DNA of 64,000 nucleotides. Origin: Parcubacteria group bacterium Gr01-1014_20 (GTDB taxonomy: Bacteria > Patescibacteriota > Minisyncoccia > UBA6257 > 2-01-FULL-56-20). The translations under genes were made by a program, and so were the position numbers. This document shows positions 38,324 through 48,017 of the stretch, one piece after another. The notes below the pieces were generated by a model. It searched no databases. It saw only the letters and a program-made list of their open reading frames with translations, and was not told the origin of the DNA. Positions within the stretch are counted from its first letter, which is position 1. Each line of letters opens with the position of its first letter. Location of the stretch: contig VMFW01000010.1 in NCBI GenBank assembly GCA_007376265.1, forward strand, positions 1,945 through 65,944, in the 5' to 3' direction.

Positions 38324-38721
38324 TGCGCGGGCGACCGGCAATCGAACGTCGCTAAATTAAGTGCTTGTTTCTAAACGCCATACCTGAACCAGCTTTTAGA
38401 TATTTCTCAAAGTCATATGCCTTTTTCTTGTCCAGAAACCCACAAAACCATATTAGATTAAATGGTTTTTTGTGCGATGTAGATTTTGTTGAACCTTCGT
38501 TATGCTCTTTTAGTCTTTCTTCTACGTCTGCAGTTACCCCAGTATAATAGCTATCGTCTTTGATACTCTGCAAGATGTAGACGAAATACATAAGAACATT
38601 GTAAAAGAACGCCCTCCGTCGCGTAAAGCTATGGAGGGCACTCCTTCTTGGGCTTCTATTATTTGCACTCTTTCGCTTCCGCTACAAGGTGCGTGCACTA
38701 CGAAGCCTTGGCGAAGTAGTG
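38324..38721 (-). mobile_element. tRNA-Asp-anchored element carrying a GIY-YIG gene, bounded by a duplicate of the tRNA 3' end
   Basis: TGCGCGGGCGACCGG at 38324-38338 = 38720-38734; GCGACG precedes the duplicate; REP-like hairpins inside. Confidence 0.65.
38352..38591 (-). CDS. Small GIY-YIG nuclease family protein
   Basis: YFVYIL..YYTG.T....RL.EHN.G...A..FEKYLK.GSG. Confidence 0.92.
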   Translation of the reverse strand: MYFVYILQSIKDDSYYTGVTADVEERLKEHNEGSTKSTSHKKPFNLIWFCGFLDKKKAYDFEKYLKAGSGMAFRNKHLI

Positions 38722-38795
38722 CGCGGGCGACCGGATTCGAACCGGCGGTCTCTACCGTGACAGGGTAGCGCTTTAAGCCGCTAAGCTACGCCCGC
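38722..38795 (-). tRNA. tRNA-Asp(GTC)
   Basis: Cloverleaf, loop CT-GTC-AC, G73 discriminator; CCA not encoded. Confidence 0.93.
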
Positions 38796-38896
38796 AACAA
38801 GCTAAAATCTACACTTTATTGGCTTCAAAATCAAACTTTTCCTCGTAAATCGGATGTGGATAAAGCTATAACCTAAATAACAGGTAGCAGTATATA

Positions 38897-41812
38897 ATGA
38901 AGGGAGTCGGGGGAATGTTTAAAAAATCAAAAAACATGAAGGTAATTTTTAAAAATCTGGTTGCGGTCGGTTTGTTTTTAGTTTCTATATCAACGGCGGG
39001 TTTGGTCTTGGCGCAAGAAGCGGCGCCAGCGCCGGAAGCCTTGGTTCCGGTTAGTTGCTTCGACTTTTATAAATTCGGGAGTGTGGGCGTGGAGGTGGTG
39101 CCAAGCCTGACCGAGATTGCGAACGGAGGCGAGCTGGATTTTGTTTTGAACGTTACGAATGAGAACGATTATCCGGTGGTGGAGGGTTCGATTTACATGA
39201 AGATTTACCGAAAGCAGACGGACGCGGCGAACGCGCAAAAGAATGGCAGCCATTTAATCGACTATACCCTGGTAAAAGAGAAGGTGAATCTTGACGCCAA
39301 GGCGACTAGGAAATTCGAGTTCACCTGGAGGGTGCCAACGGGGGCGCCAAGCGGAGAGTATGAGGCGGTAACTTATTTTTTGTCGGACGAGAGGATGAAC
39401 CTTTTGGGTTTACCTTTTACGGATGATGTTTCGGGAGGAAGGAATTCTTTTAAGATTGTGAGCGATACACAAGGAACGGTTCAGCTCGACAAAAACAAGG
39501 TGACCCTAAACAATAAGGCCTACCGTTTTGTTGGAAATACATCTCCCTTCTCAAAAGACGAAAAAGTGATCGTGCGCTTTCCGATAACCAACACCACGAA
39601 GACTAGCCAAGCTGCAGAGGTAAGTTACGATTTGTATTTCTGGGATGGGACTTTGGATAGCCAAAGACTGAAAGCCAAAAGAGAGGTCGTGACGCTTAAG
39701 GCTGGGGAGACAAAAACCCTGTCTTATGAAATTGATAACACGAGTTATCCGGTCTATTACTTGGTAGCGAAATCGAAGTGGCAAGATTCCTCTTCGATAC
39801 TGAATGTGAGGTTTGCGAGAAACGGCGTTAGTCGTGGAAGAATAAACTTTGTGGGACTTAGTAAGTTTCCTCTCGCGAGCGGCGAGGCAAATACCGTTTT
39901 CGCTTGTATTCACAACGCCTCCCTAGAACCAAAGACGACCGGAAAATTTGAACTGGAGTTGGTTGATAGTGAATATAACGTGATTAAAAAGTACACCTAC
40001 ACCGGGGACATCACGGGAAACATGATGGGTTTTAAAGGAGATTTCACCGCCCCGGCGAGCTACGGCGCTCTAACTTTGCGGGCCAATGTATTTGATGGAG
40101 GAGAAAAGCTGGTGGATCAAGTTGATTTGACCTATGACTGTCGGGAAATTGATCCGCAAAAATGTCCGACGGGAGCGACGGCACCAACTGATACCAAATC
40201 GGGATTTCCAAAACTAGATATGGTCTGGATGGTAGTTGGAGGGGTAGTCGTTATATTCATTGTGGTGCTGACAATAATCATGGCTAAGAAGAAAAAAGTA
40301 AATCTGCCGCCACCAGGCGCGACTGGTTCCCCTATTCAAAGGGGTCCGAGCGCAGGGGCGATGAAGATATTAATTGGCTTGCTGGTTTTAGGGTCAGTTT
40401 TTCTGCCAGGTGGTCTGGCCGAGGCAAGACGAAGTGTTACCTTTTTTAACAATGATACCAGCATAACCGATATTTTCTTTCCAGATCTTGGCCAACCACT
40501 CATATCCGGAGTGCAAAATGCGAAAATGAATGGGCTCACGATAAATTACGACGTTACCTACTGGGCAAGCGCCTACGAAGAAGGGAGTATGCGGGTAATC
40601 GACCAGGCTGATGGCAGAGAAGCCGTCCAATCTGGTTCTTTTATCAACGTTTCCTACGACAATAACGATTTCACGAGGCCGGCGGCCAACATTAACTGGC
40701 TCGAGACTGGTAACATTCAGGGCACGCCGACTGGCATTTGGGATACCAACAATAATGGACAGATCGATTACCCTTATCCAGTTGCTCAGCGGTGCAACGC
40801 GCTCGATAACATGACAACCCCGGTGATGAAGGACGGTGATGAGTTGCAGATGACGATTTCCGCGCCTTTTGTGGTCCAAAAGCCGAGGATTACATTTAGC
40901 AGTTCGGACTCTTTTATAAGCTGTAACAGTCAACCCGGAACAACTTTTGCCCAGTGCGCAGTGACCGGGGGAGTGGGAAGTGTGGGTCACATCGAAGTAA
41001 AGTTTGATGAAACGCCCAGTAAGCACTTCGCGGACGTGAGGGGCTCTGCAAATGAATGCTACTCTGGAGCGGGAGCTGCGGTTATAAATGATTTTGTGGT
41101 GTGGCCGAGCAATGGGGCGAGTATAATGTTCGAATTTGACGTGGTGGGCCAAGCGCCTGTAGGTCTTGCGGCACCGGTTTTAACGGGACCAACGGCGGCG
41201 GTAAAGTTGGACTCAAAAACTTATAGCGCCCTCGTGGGAACTAACCCACCGGCCGTTTCGCTAAAATATACTTTCCAAAGAAAGTATGGCTTAAATGGGA
41301 GCTGGGTGGATGTGGGCACTTCGAATGCGACCCCGCCAACCGCTGGGACAAGTAATATTATTTTTGCAAACACGGGAACTTATTACGTTAGAGCTAAAGC
41401 GGAAAACTTGTCGAACGCCCTTGTCTCTGGTTGGAGCAACGAGATTGCGGTTACCGTGAGTAATACGCCAGCGGGTAATGCGCAGTGTTCGAACGGAATT
41501 GATGATGACAGCGATACCTTTATTGATGCGGCTGACCCTGGGTGCCACACCGATGGAGATGCTACCAACCCTGGTTCATACGATCCGAGTGATACCGATG
41601 AGACAAATCAGGGCGGAGCGGGAGTGTGCGTTTTGGGCGACCCACCAAGACAAATTGGCACTTGTAGCGCCAGTTGTGGCCCAGGCGTCCAGCGCTGGGA
41701 AAGATACGTCGATGTTAACGGATCTTGTGAGATCGAGTACTATACGGAACCGTGCAATCTTAGGGCCTGTGGATATAGAATTAGAGAAGGAAATCCTGGG
41801 GGGGGAGGATAA
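38897..41812 (+). CDS. Large surface protein with internal TM hairpin, Asp-rich Ca-binding repeat and thrombospondin-1-like C-terminus
   Basis: Signal peptide, two central hydrophobic segments, QCSNGIDDDSD..ID..DPGC, CSASCGPGVQ...PCN...C. Confidence 0.8.
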   Translation: MKGVGGMFKKSKNMKVIFKNLVAVGLFLVSISTAGLVLAQEAAPAPEALVPVSCFDFYKFGSVGVEVVPSLTEIANGGELDFVLNVTNENDYPVVEGSIYMKIYRKQTDAANAQKNGSHLIDYTLVKEKVNLDAKATRKFEFTWRVPTGAPSGEYEAVTYFLSDERMNLLGLPFTDDVSGGRNSFKIVSDTQGTVQLDKNKVTLNNKAYRFVGNTSPFSKDEKVIVRFPITNTTKTSQAAEVSYDLYFWDGTLDSQRLKAKREVVTLKAGETKTLSYEIDNTSYPVYYLVAKSKWQDSSSILNVRFARNGVSRGRINFVGLSKFPLASGEANTVFACIHNASLEPKTTGKFELELVDSEYNVIKKYTYTGDITGNMMGFKGDFTAPASYGALTLRANVFDGGEKLVDQVDLTYDCREIDPQKCPTGATAPTDTKSGFPKLDMVWMVVGGVVVIFIVVLTIIMAKKKKVNLPPPGATGSPIQRGPSAGAMKILIGLLVLGSVFLPGGLAEARRSVTFFNNDTSITDIFFPDLGQPLISGVQNAKMNGLTINYDVTYWASAYEEGSMRVIDQADGREAVQSGSFINVSYDNNDFTRPAANINWLETGNIQGTPTGIWDTNNNGQIDYPYPVAQRCNALDNMTTPVMKDGDELQMTISAPFVVQKPRITFSSSDSFISCNSQPGTTFAQCAVTGGVGSVGHIEVKFDETPSKHFADVRGSANECYSGAGAAVINDFVVWPSNGASIMFEFDVVGQAPVGLAAPVLTGPTAAVKLDSKTYSALVGTNPPAVSLKYTFQRKYGLNGSWVDVGTSNATPPTAGTSNIIFANTGTYYVRAKAENLSNALVSGWSNEIAVTVSNTPAGNAQCSNGIDDDSDTFIDAADPGCHTDGDATNPGSYDPSDTDETNQGGAGVCVLGDPPRQIGTCSASCGPGVQRWERYVDVNGSCEIEYYTEPCNLRACGYRIREGNPGGGG

Positions 41813-41879
41813 GCGGCAAGGCGTGGTACGTGAAACATGCATCACGAGACCAAGTAAAAAACCGTCTGATGGCGGTTTT

Positions 41880-43901
41880 TTACTTTATTATGTTTCGGAA
41901 TTCATGCTCGTCTAATATTTTTACCCCTAGTTTTTTAGCTCTTTCAAATTTTGATCCAGGGTCAGAACCGACAATCACAAAACTGGTTTTAGAACTCACG
42001 GCTTCAGAGATTTCGCCGCCTAAGTTCCTAATTTTTTCTTTGGCTTCGTCTCGAGACATGGACGAGAGAGAGCCAGTTAGGACAAAAGTCTTGCCGACCA
42101 ACTTGTCGCTCTTAGCCAAAGACCCCTCTTTCTTAATAACAACACCCACCTCTTCTAATTTTTTGAGGAAAGACGTATTTCGTTTTTCCCGAAACCAGCC
42201 ATATATGCTTTCGGCGACTTTGGGCCCGATATCCTGAATTTTTTGGAGGTCTTCGAGTGATAGCTTGGAAAACGTCTCGAGTAGATCACCAATGCTCTTA
42301 GAGGGAAATCTCTTAGCAAGAGCGATGGCGGTTTCTTCGCCAACATGAAAGATGCCGAGACTGTAAATTAGTTTTTCAAGGAGAATTTTTTTGCGTGACT
42401 CAACTTCGTTCACGATGTTTTCGGCTGATTTTTCTCCGAAATGCGGAAGGGTGGCGATCTCGCCGATTTCTTTTTTCAGTTCAAAAATATCGGCGGCATC
42501 AGAGATTAATCCTTCATCCAAAAATCGGTCGATGATTTTTGGCCCCAAACCTTCGATATTGAAAGCTTGGCGGGAAACAAAGTGATAGATGGCTTCCCTT
42601 AGCTTTGCGGCGCAGTTTTGATTGGAACAACGATAGGCCACGCCGTCGCGAACAACTGGTGAACCGTCGACAGGACATCTGGGCGGCATCGAGAAGGACT
42701 TTTCTCTACCGGTTCTTAGCTCTTTCAAAACTTTGGTGATTTTAGGGATAACATCCCCAGCCCGACTAATGATAACGGTGTCTCCAATTTTCAAGCCTAG
42801 TCGATCGATTTCATCGGCATTGTGAAGACTAGCGTGCGTAATGGTAATCCCTCCAACGGAAACCGGCTTCATAACGGCGACTGGGGTTAGAACGCCGGTG
42901 CGACCGACCTGGATGTTTACGCCGAGCACAATAGTGGTTGCTTCGCGGGGGGAAAATTTATAGGCAATAGCGGCCCGGGGGGCCTTGCCAATAATGCCGG
43001 CGCTCGAAAAAATTTGATTGTCGTTTATAAAAACCACCACGCCATCAATCTCATAGGGCAATTTTTCGCGGGCTTTTTCCCACTTCTTTTGGAAAACAAA
43101 GACTTCTTCGAGATTTTTTACCGTCTGGCCGTTCGGGTTGGTTTTGAATCCAAGTTCCCTGAGAGTTTTAAACTCGCTCGTGTGGGTTTTATAAATCTCG
43201 GGAGCGGCCACAATGCCATAGGCGTAAAAATCAAGTTTTCTCGAGGCGGTGACACGGGGATCAAGTTGACGGATGGCACCGGCGGCGACGTTTCGAGGGT
43301 TGGCATAAATTTTTTCTCCCTTTTTTTCTTGTTCTCGATTGATTCTTGAAAACTCTTTTTTGGTTAAAAAAACCTCACCCCGCACAATGATCCTTTTGGG
43401 GGGGTTGTCCGTGCCAAGCTTGAGGGGGATGGCTTCAATGGTTTTGAGATTTTGCGTGACATCCTCCCCTATCAAACCATCTCCACGAGTGGATCCACTC
43501 ATCAAAGTGTCATTTTCATAGATGAGCTCTACCGCGAGACCGTCCATCTTCAGGTCACAATAAAATGGCTCCGCAGATGCAAGGTGGTAGCCGAGGTAGT
43601 TTTCTAATCGAGTAATCCAATCCTCAACATCTTTCTTACTAAAGGCATCGTTTAGCGAATTCATTCGCATTTCGTGAGTGATCTTTTTGAATTCTTTAAG
43701 GGGCGCTCCGCCAACTCTTTGCGTGGGAGAGTCGGGAGTGACAAGTTCCGGAAATTTTTGCTCGAGGTCAAAAAGCTCTTTTTTTAAAGAGTCGAGGCTC
43801 TCGTCTGAAATTTCCTGCCGATCTAAGACGTGATAGAGGTAGCGATAACGGTTTATTTCTTCTCGTAACTTTTTTGTTCTTAATTCAATTTCTTTATTCA
43901 T
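41880..43901 (-). CDS. ligA: NAD-dependent DNA ligase
   Basis: KMDG, TRGDG, NPRN.AAG, VGRTG, zinc finger, HhH and BRCT. Confidence 0.97.
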   Translation of the reverse strand: MNKEIELRTKKLREEINRYRYLYHVLDRQEISDESLDSLKKELFDLEQKFPELVTPDSPTQRVGGAPLKEFKKITHEMRMNSLNDAFSKKDVEDWITRLENYLGYHLASAEPFYCDLKMDGLAVELIYENDTLMSGSTRGDGLIGEDVTQNLKTIEAIPLKLGTDNPPKRIIVRGEVFLTKKEFSRINREQEKKGEKIYANPRNVAAGAIRQLDPRVTASRKLDFYAYGIVAAPEIYKTHTSEFKTLRELGFKTNPNGQTVKNLEEVFVFQKKWEKAREKLPYEIDGVVVFINDNQIFSSAGIIGKAPRAAIAYKFSPREATTIVLGVNIQVGRTGVLTPVAVMKPVSVGGITITHASLHNADEIDRLGLKIGDTVIISRAGDVIPKITKVLKELRTGREKSFSMPPRCPVDGSPVVRDGVAYRCSNQNCAAKLREAIYHFVSRQAFNIEGLGPKIIDRFLDEGLISDAADIFELKKEIGEIATLPHFGEKSAENIVNEVESRKKILLEKLIYSLGIFHVGEETAIALAKRFPSKSIGDLLETFSKLSLEDLQKIQDIGPKVAESIYGWFREKRNTSFLKKLEEVGVVIKKEGSLAKSDKLVGKTFVLTGSLSSMSRDEAKEKIRNLGGEISEAVSSKTSFVIVGSDPGSKFERAKKLGVKILDEHEFRNIIK

Positions 43902-43997
43902 TGATGAAACCGATCTGTTAATAAAAACGTTTTGCAACTTAACCCGACCGCTTACCTATTTGGCTCAATTTATTCAACGATTTTACCTCAAAACTTC

Positions 43998-45566
43998 TTA
44001 AGGACAAAGGAGGAGTTCGTCGGTTAAAAGATCATCTAAGTCGCTGTAGTCCGTGTCGTCAAAACATCTGGCGGGATGGCCGGCGACGCCTCGATAGTAA
44101 CTGGCATCGTCAAGACAATCGGTGGATCCGAGCGCGGCGACATAAGTGGTAATACCAGCGTCTCTCGCAAGCTGGGCGGCGGCCGAGACACCACCCTTGT
44201 CACCAGCAGTTGGCATGGAGTCGGTAACGATGAGCATAAAGTCGTTTATAGCTGGATCTCCGGGACGGTTGTTTAGGATGGCGCTTGCTCCACCATTAAT
44301 GGCGTCGTCAAAGGCACTGATGTTATTTGGGCCAAATGTGACGAGTTGGCTGATGGCGTTCAAAACAGAGGCTAATGATCCCCTGAAGGTGCTCGGGTCA
44401 TTGTAACCATAGTAGGTGTCGGTGTAACCGATTTGACCGACCATGGTTTGGTTTGGATTTGGGGGAAGTGCGAAATTAAGCCTGTTAACAAAGGCGTTTA
44501 GGCCAGTTCTTACGGACCCCATTGATCCAATCGTGGTGTCGACAAGAAGCATGACGTCTGCGTTTTGATCCTGGCATTGTAGATAGTGCAACTGACAAAG
44601 TGAGTCAGAAGTCCCAAGCATGGCGGGCGAAAGATTAGCTTGGGTGGTTTCATAGGCGTAGGTAGGGTGGCTGGCCATTTGACTGTAGTAGGCAGATGTA
44701 ACGGCGCCTGGCGAGTCGATTAGGATAGTGACAATTGAAATTGGATCGGTATCGTTTTTGGCGGAGGTGGCTTGGTTTTGGGCAAGAGCTTCTGCGCCGG
44801 GGGCTGTAGTCGGGACATTTGGTCGTTGGCCGGTGAGGATAATGATAACATCTCTCACCCCTAGTCGATCGCTTGCCTCGGAGAGAGCAGTGTGGGCGCC
44901 GAGTATGCCGGCAGCAAGATTAAAATCATCTCCAACAATTGGATTAGGGATGTTGTCGATGGCCGAATTTATCTGGGTTAGATCATCCATGAGGGTAACC
45001 GGAGGGGCTGCATCATCGACGCCTATTGCGCCAATGTGGGTCCCTTGAGGACTAGGGCTTAAGTCGCTCGCAAAACCTTTGGCGGCGAGTTTGATGGCAT
45101 TTAAGTCTGACCCGCCATCGAAAGAAGCGTCGATGAGTAGTACGATGTCCATTGGCTCGCAGGAGGCAGACCCGGGCAGAACGGCGAGCGACTCTACGAG
45201 AAGGGCTCTTTTGGAATTACCGGCTTGGCCAACGATTTTGGCTGTGCCGTTGGGCAATTCAACGATTTCGAAACTGGCCCCGTTGCCAAAAGCGCCGTTG
45301 ATACTTGAGGAGTTGTAGGCAGGATTATAGGAGGGTGTCTGGCTGAAAAACCACCAGCCGACTCCGGTGTCGGCGGCGAAGATGGCTTTGGCGGAGTTGG
45401 TGAAATTACCGGCTTGACGGATTTGATAAATCATTAAGATGCCAGCGACCAAACTGATGCTCAGGACAACGCCGCTTATCATCATGACAACCAGAAGCAT
45501 AGTCTGGCCGGCGCTGGAGGAAGTTTTAAGTTTTGATTTAGGCGTCATGGATCTGTGCTTACTCAT
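43998..45566 (-). CDS. PilX-like N-terminus fused to two vWA domains (putative pilus tip adhesin)
   Basis: GQTMLL hydrophobic helix, A.FAADTG, DIVLLIDAS and DVMLLVDTT vWA starts. Confidence 0.75.
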   Translation of the reverse strand: MSKHRSMTPKSKLKTSSSAGQTMLLVVMMISGVVLSISLVAGILMIYQIRQAGNFTNSAKAIFAADTGVGWWFFSQTPSYNPAYNSSSINGAFGNGASFEIVELPNGTAKIVGQAGNSKRALLVESLAVLPGSASCEPMDIVLLIDASFDGGSDLNAIKLAAKGFASDLSPSPQGTHIGAIGVDDAAPPVTLMDDLTQINSAIDNIPNPIVGDDFNLAAGILGAHTALSEASDRLGVRDVIIILTGQRPNVPTTAPGAEALAQNQATSAKNDTDPISIVTILIDSPGAVTSAYYSQMASHPTYAYETTQANLSPAMLGTSDSLCQLHYLQCQDQNADVMLLVDTTIGSMGSVRTGLNAFVNRLNFALPPNPNQTMVGQIGYTDTYYGYNDPSTFRGSLASVLNAISQLVTFGPNNISAFDDAINGGASAILNNRPGDPAINDFMLIVTDSMPTAGDKGGVSAAAQLARDAGITTYVAALGSTDCLDDASYYRGVAGHPARCFDDTDYSDLDDLLTDELLLCP

Positions 45567-46068
45567 TTCTTGTGCTCACGCTGGTTTGGATGTCGATATT
45601 TTTTACGCTTGTCTTAATATCTTTTGGAACCACACCGATATTGATGACGATTCGCGACGGGTAATTGACCAGGGGGAGGGTGCCATTCATAATTCTGAAG
45701 CTTAGGTAATTGACCAAAACGTTTTCATCGGTAATCTTTTGGGCTGGGCCGTTGTTTTCGCTTCTTACGAGAATTTCACCCGAGAGGTCGTAGGTAACGT
45801 TATTGCCATCGGCGTTCTCGAACGAAAGGTTTGGGCCGCTCGCGGTAAAACTTTTGCCGGTTCTGATTTCTCTTGCAATCTGTTCAATGGCGGCGCTCGT
45901 ATTGCTGTTTGCAGTCATCAAAGCCATGGCGTTCCGATGAGTGCGGAGAGCACTCACAAAACCGCCCATCGCGATTGTAGTCACAACCGCAAAGACGCCG
46001 GCCGAAACAATGAGCTCAACCAAGGTGAACCCCCCATTTTTTATTGATTTGGGAAAAAAATTTTTCAT
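45559..46068 (-). CDS. Minor type IV pilin (PilW-like)
   Basis: GFTLVELIV prepilin cleavage motif. Confidence 0.85.
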   Translation of the reverse strand: MKNFFPKSIKNGGFTLVELIVSAGVFAVVTTIAMGGFVSALRTHRNAMALMTANSNTSAAIEQIAREIRTGKSFTASGPNLSFENADGNNVTYDLSGEILVRSENNGPAQKITDENVLVNYLSFRIMNGTLPLVNYPSRIVINIGVVPKDIKTSVKNIDIQTSVSTRNE

Positions 46069-46070
46069 GC

Positions 46071-46628
46071 TTAGTTGTTTGTGAAGAAGAAGTCCTCGAG
46101 CTGGACGGATCCTCGGCCGCCACCTTTTTGATTCCACTGAACGATGGAAACAATCTGCATCCGCCTAGCAGGAGGAGCGGGGGGCAAGATTCTGACGGTA
46201 CGAAAAAACTTAGTTGGTGTTCCCGATAGGTCATAGGAGTAGCCTAGGGCTGGGCTAAATCGTAGCGGGGTGGAACTGAAATCATTTTGATTACCAACCC
46301 TGAGCCCAGGGTTGTCGCCATCTTCAGGATTATCACTTTCAAGTTCAGTGAGGTAAGAAACCTCGTAGCTACCGACATTAAAATCCTCATCGTAAGAAAA
46401 ACCCTTTCTGATGTTGGCATCACTCAAGTTTTTTACGATCTCAATACCCTCCGCGGCCAGATAGGTGGCAATGTTTTGGTCGCTCACCACCTGGGTGATC
46501 GAAAGAGAACGATTTAGGAGGGTGAGAACTGCCATGTAACCGATGGTGAGGATTGCTAAAGCAACGATGGCCTCGGCGATGGCTTGGCCGCTACGATCAT
46601 GGAATGTAAACCTTGGACCTTGGATCAT
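46071..46628 (-). CDS. Minor type IV pilin (PilV-like)
   Basis: GQAIAEAIVAL, A.YLAAEGIE. Confidence 0.8.
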   Translation of the reverse strand: MIQGPRFTFHDRSGQAIAEAIVALAILTIGYMAVLTLLNRSLSITQVVSDQNIATYLAAEGIEIVKNLSDANIRKGFSYDEDFNVGSYEVSYLTELESDNPEDGDNPGLRVGNQNDFSSTPLRFSPALGYSYDLSGTPTKFFRTVRILPPAPPARRMQIVSIVQWNQKGGGRGSVQLEDFFFTNN

Positions 46629-46636
46629 AAAATTGG

Positions 46637-47971
46637 CTAGGAGCTTGGGAAACTCAATTGGGCGGTCACGTTATTAATTCGGATGATGGCTCCGGTTGGA
46701 CTCACTGGGTCGTCGGTTTTGACGTAGATATTCATCGGAGTGTTTTGAACGATATTCCCGCCTTCGTCAAAGAGGAGGACTTTGGGGTCGGGAGGAACAA
46801 AAAGTAGATAGCCCAATCGGTTTGGGCCAGTATCAAAATCCAGCTTAGAACTTAAGGTGTTGCTTTCGGTTTCGCGGTAACTGGGTGGGTTTGGGGCGAT
46901 GCTGGTTATGGTCAGGATTTGGTCGCAGGTGGTTGGGGCGGGAGGGATGTATTCGAAGAGGGAGTAGATTTTATTCGTGTAATCGATCCTGAAGCCATAA
47001 GAACATGGGGGTGGATTTGAGATGGGCTTGGTGTATCCGGCTAGGGTTAATTCTTTCGCGCGTAGAACGGTTTGGGTGATTTTGGCTTTTTCAACGTTAA
47101 GCAGGATTTGCTTCTCGCTCCGGCGACTGTAAACGATGCCCCAGAAGAAAACGACACAACTCGCCATAGCTATAAAAGGACCAAAAGGGAGGAAACTTTT
47201 AAGGCCTTTCTTTTTAGACAAAAGTCCGGGGAGACTGAAGAGCGAGCCAATAATAAAGGAAAGACCAGTAATGATAACGATATCCGGCCAGCCGAAAACG
47301 ACGCCTAGCGCGGCCGTGAGTTTCAAATCCCCCATTCCCATGCCCCGGCCTTTGGTGATTAGAATTAGCAGGCCATAAAAAACAATGCCAAAAGCTAAGG
47401 CGATAACTCGATTCAACCAAAGAATGTCTCGGAGGCCAAAAAGAGCGGCGTAAGGACCCAAGAAGGAGCCGCTCACGGGCCCGAATTCTTTGGCGGCAAA
47501 AATGGCAATCACAACACCCAGGATTATTAAAAAAATATTGGCTTCGTCGGGGATGATTTTGACGCGGATGTCGATAAGTGAAATTAAAAGAAGAGTCAGG
47601 AAAATTAAAACCCATGAAAAGTGGAGCGCGGAACAGGAAACATCCGACGACAGGCAAATGCTCTTGAATCCGAAATTGGAAGATAGGAGCGCTGGAACGA
47701 AAACGAAAATCGAGCCGCTAATTAATTCTACTAACGGATATTGAAAACTTATTTTTTTCTTACAGTTTCGGCAGCGCGCGCGCAGAAAGATAAAGCTTAA
47801 CAAAGGAACAAGCTCAAACCAGTTGAGCTTGTTCCCGCACTTAGGACAGGCAGAACGCCCACCCAAGGTTTTTTTATTAAGTATGAACTTTTCCGGATTG
47901 TATCTGACCGCAATCACATTCAGGAAACTGCCAATGGCAAGACCGAAAATAAACAACCAGATCTGCATCAT
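46637..47971 (-). CDS. pilD: Prepilin peptidase fused in frame to a pilin-like globular domain
   Basis: GSFLNV, CPKC/CRNC, DIR..IIPD, GMGDLK, PFGPF, then ~165 extra residues. Confidence 0.8.
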   Translation of the reverse strand: MMQIWLFIFGLAIGSFLNVIAVRYNPEKFILNKKTLGGRSACPKCGNKLNWFELVPLLSFIFLRARCRNCKKKISFQYPLVELISGSIFVFVPALLSSNFGFKSICLSSDVSCSALHFSWVLIFLTLLLISLIDIRVKIIPDEANIFLIILGVVIAIFAAKEFGPVSGSFLGPYAALFGLRDILWLNRVIALAFGIVFYGLLILITKGRGMGMGDLKLTAALGVVFGWPDIVIITGLSFIIGSLFSLPGLLSKKKGLKSFLPFGPFIAMASCVVFFWGIVYSRRSEKQILLNVEKAKITQTVLRAKELTLAGYTKPISNPPPCSYGFRIDYTNKIYSLFEYIPPAPTTCDQILTITSIAPNPPSYRETESNTLSSKLDFDTGPNRLGYLLFVPPDPKVLLFDEGGNIVQNTPMNIYVKTDDPVSPTGAIIRINNVTAQLSFPSS

Positions 47972-48017
47972 TTTTAACTAATGCCTATTAACTAGTGACC
48001 GATAACAGGTACCTTTT

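Noticed and set aside
40394-41152. 252-aa minus-strand ORF
   Set aside because: Shadow of the large surface-protein gene; no recognisable motifs.
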